Source: Octopus sinensis
Taxonomy: Eukaryota
Assembly (NCBI RefSeq): GCF_006345805.1
Contig: NW_021832502.1
Location: 1 to 30,086, forward strand
Reading direction: 5' to 3'
Length of the DNA stretch: 30,086 nt
In this document: piece after piece, positions 22,246 through 30,086 of the stretch
Numbering within the stretch: position 1 is the first letter of the stretch
How the letters are laid out: each line of letters starts with the position of its first letter
The notes under the pieces: model-generated
What the model saw: only the letters and a program-made list of their open reading frames with translations
Database searches by the model: none
What the model was told of the DNA's origin: nothing
Translations under genes and position numbers: made by a program

Positions 22246-22315
22246 TGGTGCTGATGATGATGACGATGGTGGTGGTGGTGGTGATGGTGATGGTGGTGGT
22301 GGTGGTGGTGATGAG

Positions 22316-22378
<63 letters not shown>

Positions 22379-22380
22379 AA
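22246..22380. repeat. (GAT)/(GGT) trinucleotide mosaic
   Basis: Directly visible. A pure (ACT)n tract follows at 22591-22665. Confidence 0.96.
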
Positions 22381-22590
22381 GCCAAGTGTAAGATTATATT
22401 TACGGCAAATACAGAGTATGGAGGCCATCTGTAATTCGAAAACTAATATAATAGATCCAGTGTTAGACGACATAAGATGCAAACAAATAAAAAGAAAAGG
22501 TATTTTGTGAGCTGAAAGAAGTGAAGAAATAAAAGAAAGAGGCTGAAGTGTGGGGTAGACGGGGAGGAGAAAGGGGGAAACGATGGAAAT

Positions 22591-22665
<75 letters not shown>

Positions 22666-22667
22666 AG

Positions 22668-23060
22668 TGCAGTATGTTCCTGGAAAGTTTCTGGATGTCA
22701 CTAGAAATCTGGCCATCCTGCTCCTGTGGGTGACTAGATGACCGCTAGTCTCAAGGTATTTTGCTGTCACTCACATTTAGTACCTCCAACTTACATCCCA
22801 GATCTAGGAAGATCACCTGTGCCCCTAAACCTTTTAGGAAAAGCACTGCTACTCCACTCCCTGATCCTGTCAAATCACAAGGTGTATAAATCTTGTAGTT
22901 GTCAAATATGGGGCCGAGTGCAAGCGTTCCAGGAATTCTGGTTTCATTAATGGTAACTACATCTATGTTAAGTGATCTGAGGGTATGGAGTTAGTGGCCT
23001 TGCTTCCATCCTGACCCCAGACCACGTCCATTAACACATCCTGCTCCAAGTGACACTGTG
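22668..23060 (-). pseudogene. Tx1/L1-clade LINE ORF2 N-terminal APE endonuclease fragment
   Basis: Minus frame: SLGAGCVNGRGLGSGWKQGH*LHTLRSLNIDVVTINETRIPG...IFDNYKIY...GSGSGVAVLFLKGL...IFLDLGCKLEVLNV, then frameshift to LRLAVI*SPTGAGWPDF. Matches the APE N(V/G)RG, xxET, GVAVL and VYAP motifs. Not in the ORF track because of stops. Confidence 0.8.
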
Positions 23061-23991
23061 TTTATTGGAGAAAACAGAGGGAGAGGTTACCCACCAACGT
23101 CATTTTGAGCAGTGGATGGTCTGCGTTGTTTTTCGAAAGGGTAGCCATTGAAAGACCCCTGTAATGACGTTTTGTTTACGGCTTTTCTAAAACTCCCAAT
23201 ACTTCCTGGGAAATTGCCTCAGAGAGTGCGATAAATCTGACTTGATTCTCTTATTTGATACTCAAGATTTATATTTCTTCCGCTTTTCTTGTCATTTCGT
23301 CTCTGTAATGTTTTTCTATGTCGACCATCAATTCGTCGTTATTATTTATGTTTATAACGATGCACTTGACTATGTTTTCTATTTGCGTGTTTCGTTGTGG
23401 TTGTTGTTGCTATTATTGCTTCTTTTGATGGTTTGTTGTTGTTTTGCCTGTAAATTCTCTTGTTGTTGTTGTAGGGGATAAAAATAGAGGGTTTGGGTGT
23501 TGTAATGATCGTTTCGTGGTTTACTGTTCTTGTTGTTCTTTGTGTTGATTCGGTGCGTGTGCTGGCATGCGACTATTTAGGGAGATGCTTGATTATTTCG
23601 CTTTGTTAGGGATGTTTGATAGCAACAACAACAACAACCACAACCACTATTATCATCACAACAAGAACGACACTAGCATTAATTATATGTAATTAAGGCA
23701 GAACGTTAGTGATTTGTTGAAGAGAAGAGCTAAGATGACTGCATTGATATCAGTAGTTAACAGGAATTTGATTCATGGGGCTGGATGGAAGGAAAAGTAG
23801 GCCCTAGCTGGAGCTCATTGTTGAGAAAGAAAACTGAGTCTGTCAGGTGACATCTAACAATTAAGGAATGATTTCGGTAGAAAGAGAGGGGGAGTGCAGT
23901 ACAGGAAGGTAACCACAACATGGCAAAGAGGCAAAAGAGGGATTGGCTCATAGAGAGGGTGGGGATGGGGCAATATATATATATCTATATA

Positions 23992-24026
<35 letters not shown>

Positions 24027-24193
24027 GTGTATATTGAAAGGGCAAAACTACTAGGTAGTCGGCCGTATGCTAGAAATAGATCACCTACGATCAAACTACA
24101 AAGAAAAGAATGTTCTCTAGAGGAAAATTCAGCAGACACCAGAACAATTAGGCGGGTGAGACAGATGAAAATTATATAAAAAACCAGAATTAC

Positions 24194-24269
24194 TCACAGA
24201 CCGGCGGTTTCGTCTATTAACAAATGAATTACTTATAGAATCCAATTGTCCGTAGACTCGTCAGTGCGA
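24194..24269 (-). ncRNA. Type I hammerhead ribozyme (Penelope/retrozyme-associated class)
   Basis: Minus strand: UCGCA-CUGACGA-GUCUA[36 nt]UAGAC-GAAACC-GCC-GGUC^UGUGA. Complete core, G10.1-C11.1 pair, GUC cleavage triplet, 5-bp stem I. Confidence 0.8.
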
Positions 24270-24329
24270 TCGTTCCTCAGGTAATGTAATTTGTAAAACT
24301 AACTACCAGCTTTCCGTACAACAACATAT

Positions 24330-24768
24330 ATATATATTATATATATTATATATATATATATATATATATTAGAGAGAGAGAGAGAGAGAGATAAGATGTA
24401 TGTATTTATATCATATATATATGTATGTATATACATATATATGTATGTATATGTATGTATATGTTATATATGTATATATAATATATGTATACATATTATA
24501 TATATATATATGTATGTACATATATACGTATATGCATGTACATATATACGTAAATATATATATATGTATGTATATGTTCGTATATAAATATATGTATATA
24601 TATATATATATACATATGTATATATATAATATATATAATATATGTATATATATAATATATATAATATATATATAATATATAATATATATATGCATGTATA
24701 TAAATATGTATTTACATACATAAATACACACACAAACATATATATATATATATATGTATATGTGTGTC

Positions 24769-24803
<35 letters not shown>

Positions 24804-24805
24804 AT
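24330..24805. repeat. (TA)/(GA)/(TATG)/(TG) microsatellite field
   Basis: Directly visible. Confidence 0.96.
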
Positions 24806-25139
24806 CACTTTTTAAAGTTATCGCTAATTAGCAATTACTATGTAGGTCTAGAAATAGGTGATTTTAGCCGCCCCAAAGGCAGCTGTGAACTTTAAGATAA
24901 ACTGTGCCATATTTGCACTCCCCGCCCCAGAAATCAATACATTCAATATCGAATACCTTTTCCCCCAGTTGAATATTAGACAGCAGCACGGCTCTATCAC
25001 CTCTCACCTGTTGTTATACGAGATAAAGTACCAGGTGTGTGCTGGGTCGAGTTCTTCGTCAACAAGCCATTCCTCAAAAAATCGGTTTTTATCTGACAGC
25101 AGAAGAATTCCGGTGGAAATTTTGCGCTTTAATTTTTTT

Positions 25140-25155
25140 CGTATGTGTGTGTGTG

Positions 25156-25191
<36 letters not shown>

Positions 25192-26620
25192 GGAATGAGT
25201 GAGTGTGTATGTTTGAGTGCGTTGTGTGAATGTGTGGATGTGCATGTTTGTGGTCATAAGAGTGCTTGCATTTGTATTTGTGTGTGTGTGTGTGTGTGAA
25301 AGAGAGAGGGATAGGGAGAGGAAGAGAGAAAGACACAGTGAGAGAGGGAAAGAGGCAAAGTGAGAGAGAAAGAGAGAAAGAGAGAAAGAGAGAGAGAGTG
25401 CGAACGAGAAAGAGAGAAAGAGAGAGAGAGAAGCGAAAGAGAAAGAGAGAAAGCGAGAAAGCGAGACAGAGTTTGCGCGTGCAAGTGCGTGTGTGAGTGA
25501 ATGTGTGTGTCTGTGTTTGTGAATGCATATATATACGTGAGGGTGTGTGTGTGTGTGTTTATACATGTGTGCATCTGCATGCTTTCTTTTGTGTATCTGT
25601 GTTTGTGTGTGCGTGTATATATGTGTGTGTTTGTGTGTTTGTTTGTGTGTTTGTGTGTGTGTGTGCGTGCGCGTGAGTGCCAGTTCTGTTTCAATTGCTA
25701 TCCAAGACAGGAAAAGAAAAAAAACCTCGTTTCTTTGCTACAATCGAAAGAAATCATAAAATTATGTAATGCAGTGTGTACATGCCTCTGTGCGTGTGTG
25801 TGTGTATGCCTGTTCATATGTATGTATGTGCAGGTCAGTACATGTATGTGTATTGGTCTGCCCATGTATGTGTGTGTGAGATTGTACATTTATATGTGTG
25901 TGTGTACACATGCCTATGTTGATGCATGCGTACGTTTATATATCAATACATGTGCGTGTGCATGTGTGTGTGTATATGTGTGTGTGTGGTATGGGACATT
26001 TTGTATTCGATGCAAATCAATTTGATATACACTAGCATATATATATTTACATACACATTTATATGTATATGCACACACACACACATACAAGTAGATTTGT
26101 GTCGAAGTTTGTATACATGTGTTGTGAATGTGCATTTGATTGTTTGTGCGTACATGAATACATACATATATATACACACACACACATATATATGCAGATA
26201 TAAAATTGCATTGTATAGAAAATAGTACGCACAACACAAACCGGTATTCTCCAGTGTACATATACAGACATATACATATATATATCCACGTTCTCACGCA
26301 CACAGACACACACACATTAACTCACAATCTGATGCACTCGGCCACATTCACACAGAGAAAAACGCACAGACGAGTTCACTGGCGCATGCACATACACACA
26401 TACAGACTCACTTGATAATGCACTCAAACCGACACACACGCACACACACATGTTATTGCATAGATTTGTGGTGTTCCGATCATAGGAAACATCCAAGAAT
26501 ATTTTAACGATCTGCTATGGCGTTGCAGAATAACACACACGTTATTTGTAAATTTATATATACGTACTTTACGTGTGTATACATACACAAACACGCACAC
26601 ACACACGTGGGCACGTATAT
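25140..26620. repeat. Decayed (TG)/(CA) field with a (GA)-rich purine tract at 25295-25470
   Basis: Directly visible. Source of the CV/HT/ER/SL-rich ORFs. Confidence 0.92.
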
Positions 26621-26833
26621 ATATAGTTATATCCTAACCTACATGATGTTCAATCTAAAAGAGTGACAGTTCATTAACAAGACTAATTAAGATGTTTGTC
26701 ATGTAGAAAATATAACGAAGAATATGGCAAATATTTCACGAAGCGAAAATCTGAGTAGGTTCTATGGAAAATTTGAACGACAAATCTTCTAATCGAATAA
26801 TGATGTCGAATTGAAGAACGCTTTTCGTTTGTT

Positions 26834-26884
<51 letters not shown>

Positions 26885-27320
26885 AGTGATTGGATATTTT
26901 TCCTTTCTTTTTATTGCCGTAATTACTGTGAATATAATTACCATCGTGAGACCATTAACGAGATTTACCATTTATTGGCAGGTGGCTTGGAATGGTCTCC
27001 CTGCTTCTCTGTAGAATTTCATATTTGTCTTCATTTTGTACCGGATATTGGAAGTGTTTGGGAAAATCGTGTTGTGACATTTATGCACGTATATACAACC
27101 GTATACACACGTATACACGCATATACACACGCATACACTCAAGCATACACACACGTGCAATACACCTATACACACGCGTACGTACACACCTAGGCATATA
27201 CATACGCACATACATGTACACCCACGTACACAAATTCACATAAACTTATAGGCATGCGCACGCACACGTACAAATACACATACGTGAGCATACATAAACA
27301 CACACACACACATACATACA

Positions 27321-27354
<34 letters not shown>

Positions 27355-27559
27355 CGTACGTACTTACATACATTCATACACAACATGTACAGACACTCAC
27401 GCCAAGTTTGTCTTATAAACTGAAGAGAACCCAACCCATAGAGCAGAGTATAGATAGTTGAGGCTGGTTTTGTACGATACTCCACTGTTTCTGGAAATTA
27501 CAGTATTTTATGAAATTCTGAATGTTGACTACAAAGCCAAGTGATAACAAGGTAACAAC

Positions 27560-27915
27560 GCATGTGATGCTAGAAAGAGCAGCTAAATCTCTTTCACATT
27601 TCATATTCTACTGTCTTGAAAAATAAAAAAAAGAAGACACATTGATAATATTTTTGTTTAGAAAAACGGCGTTGTACCCTCGACTTATTAGGTCCTCCGT
27701 ATCTCAGTGACTTGATGATGTCGGCAGAATTGAAGGGGTGGATACAAAGAGATATCGGAGTGGGGTGGCTTCAGAGGGGAAGGACTGGAAAAGTGTTTAA
27801 AGTGTTCTGTATCCCAGCTGAATATATTTAAGTGTGCGCTCGGGGCTGCATTGATTTCCATCAAGGGTGTGCGTGATTGGGGCTAATATAGACTTAAGCA
27901 ACAACAACAACAACA
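27560..27915 (+). repeat. Two-module repeat copy (B 27560-27650, A 27840-27915 with (CAA)n tail)
   Basis: GCTAGAAAGAGCAGCTAAATCTC at 27569-27591. The A module is degenerate and ends gacttaagcaacaacaacaac. Confidence 0.65.
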
Positions 27916-28157
27916 GAAAATCCGAGTGAAAATATGCGCAGTTTTGTTGTTGTTGTGAAAAGTCTAAATCCAGCTTGAACGATACAAACAGCAATAGAAG
28001 GATGGGATGAAAACAGAATTGGACATTAGCAGATTTAAGTTGTCTGGAAAAGTCCAAATAGGTTTAGTGAAGTGTAGAAATGGAATTACTTCTGAAAAAG
28101 GTTAATGAAAGCTGCCAGAAATGAAAAGTGAACCGTTTAAGAAAATCCATTACTTGT

Positions 28158-28197
<40 letters not shown>

Positions 28198-28353
28198 TGA
28201 GTGTGTGTGTGTGTGTTTGTATGTATCTATGTATTTATGTTTATATGTATGTAAAAATCTATATGCATGCACGCGCACATACACACACATATACATAAAT
28301 ACATCTATATATATGTATATATATATGTGTGTATATATATATATACACACACA

Positions 28354-28429
<76 letters not shown>

Positions 28430-28829
28430 GAAGGCACACGAGTGTGTGATTACGTATATATTAAAGTTAGAGCTAACAATATTAAGTTGTGCTTTGAAAA
28501 ACAAACAAAAAACGAAATAAAATCGCAAAGCTGAAAATGGAAGTCATTTTGAAAAGTAAAGGTGGGATGAAGTGGAATGGTTTGTGGAAATATTTATCGG
28601 CCATTATCACGATATTTACAGTATTGAATCTCTCTGCGTTGAATATCCCTTCTGCGGCTTCAAAAAACAACATTTTCAACACTGATACGCATCACTGACA
28701 ATTTGTCGACTTTCATCAATGTTCCTCCTCCTTCTCCTCCTCCTCCTCCTGCTCCTCCCCTTCACCCACGAGATAAAGATTCGTTTTGATTTGCAGTAGA
28801 GTAGGAGATCGCATCCACTCACCTGCAGT

Positions 28830-29212
28830 CTGTCTTTTACTTGTTTCAATCATTTGTTTGCGGCCGTGCTGGGGCACCGCTTTATAATTTATTATTATGG
28901 ATGGGATCCAACCGGGCGCTGCAACAGAGTTCACTCCCCACACTTTTCGGTCTTTCGTCACTGCTTCGAGCTCCTGCATACATCCCAGACCAGTGTCTGC
29001 AATCAAATTGTCAATGTAAGTGTGACGAAGTGGGTGTTACAACTCTAATTTAGATGCTTCCAGTTAAGAGTGGCACCGCACTGAAGGGCTTTTAGTCAAG
29101 CAAGTCGACCCCTGGATTTTTTTTCTTTTTAAGCCTAATGCTTACTCTATCGTCTCTTTTGCCCAACCGTTAAGTTTCAAGAATGTAAACACACCAACTC
29201 CGGTTGTCAAGC
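28830..29212 (-). mobile_element. 3' half of OR-like SINE, interrupted by a 191-bp insertion
   Basis: 28830-28880 (ttttacttgtttcaatcatttg..tgcggccgtgctggggcaccgc) and 29072-29212 are consecutive reverse-complement matches to 4850-4995. Confidence 0.8.
28881..29071 (-). mobile_element. 5'-truncated RTE-like LINE 3' end with 8-bp TSD GGCACCGC
   Basis: Minus frame PLRHTYIDNLIADTGLGCMQELEAVTKDRKVW resembles the RTE C-terminal TYIDxLxxDTG...EL...DRxxW motif. It has an AAT-rich tail. GGCACCGC occurs at 28873-80 and 29072-79. Confidence 0.7.
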
Positions 29213-29816
29213 CGTTGTTGTTGTGCCAGAAATCTGTTTTAGTTGAATAGAATGTTCATCAAAGGCGTTCCAGATGTGACCGCCAATCATTTCTCAATCT
29301 CCTGTTTCAGTCTGTAGACAAGAACTGGTTAATTGTCGCGTACTGCTGGGGGCCACTTCTTGCTCTACAGAGAGTTCTCGTAATTGTCATTAGTGTAAAA
29401 ACGAATTTCTCATTTTGGTTGTAACACTTTCTATGGGTTAATACAAGTTTTCATCTCACTATATTTAATTTCTGACACAAATACGAGATCAGGTCTACCT
29501 AAGTTCCCGTCTACAGTAGTGAAATGCCGGGCACGTACTTTAATGAAATGATTACGTTACCTGTTTACACAAGTTTAAAATTTTGCTTCAGGATCGTGGT
29601 TTGATGCAATACTTTAATCTATGAAAGCATCAATGAAATGATAACGAAACATCTGTAGTAAATTTTAACGCCATTCGCCTTCTTCCTGTTTACCTACACC
29701 ACTAGTCGAACCAACCCCGAGTCCGATTTACTACTTAGATTGGATTTGTTACCTGAATATATATGCATATGTATATATAAATATAAATATAAATGTAAAT
29801 ATAAATAAAAATATAA

Positions 29817-29855
<39 letters not shown>

Positions 29856-29859
<4 letters not shown>

Positions 29860-30086
29860 AGTCAATCCAAACATGAAAACACAAAGAGAAAACACAACGC
29901 GAGGACCTGGAACAAGTATAGTGTTATTGGACGCTCAGGAAAGGAAAGAGAAAAGGAGGATTTAACGTTTCAAGCGGAGCTCTTCATCAGAAACAGGAAA
30001 AGGAAAGGTCCAAGGAAGGGAAGACGGAGGAAGATATATATACCCGTAGTACACTACCAAATGACACCTGATGGTTTTTTCCTTAC
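29856..30086 (-). mobile_element. Probable Penelope-like element terminal (pLTR) fragment, running off the window
   Basis: Contains a minimal hammerhead-like motif, has purine/pyrimidine-biased flanks and abuts (TA)n. It resembles an octopus repeat I recall, unverified. Confidence 0.5.
29960..29994 (-). ncRNA. Minimal hammerhead-ribozyme-like motif
   Basis: Minus strand: GUUU-CUGAUGA-A-GAGC-UCC-GCUU-GAA-ACGU-U-AAAU. Palindromic ACGU replaces stem III, there is an extra A after the core, and a G-U pair closes stem II. Confidence 0.55.

Overview
Repeat-saturated, AT-rich eukaryotic non-coding DNA, most likely an Octopus (coleoid cephalopod) intron or intergenic region. The taxon is inferred from my recognition of octopus-type tRNA-derived SINEs and the extreme microsatellite load. 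No host protein-coding gene can be called with confidence, and almost all ORFs in the supplied track are microsatellite read-throughs. The real coding homology is all transposon-derived. It comprises a degraded, 5'-truncated CR1-group LINE (about 12613-15985, +), a mariner-derived fold-back element made of two 5' ends (9365-10230), two different C-terminal fragments of RLE-type (R4/Dong-like) LINEs, a Tx1/L1-like endonuclease fragment, and an RTE-like 3' end nested in a SINE with an 8-bp target-site duplication. The window also holds several SINE halves and a two-module short repeat family with about 10 copies of each module. The most notable non-coding signals are two minus-strand hammerhead ribozyme motifs of the Penelope-associated type I class (24194-24269, with an intact core and a long paired stem II; 29960-29994, minimal), and a near-perfect ~190-bp palindrome centred on a (TA)n tract (20713-20905). 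All family assignments rest on recalled motifs and manual alignment, not on database searches.
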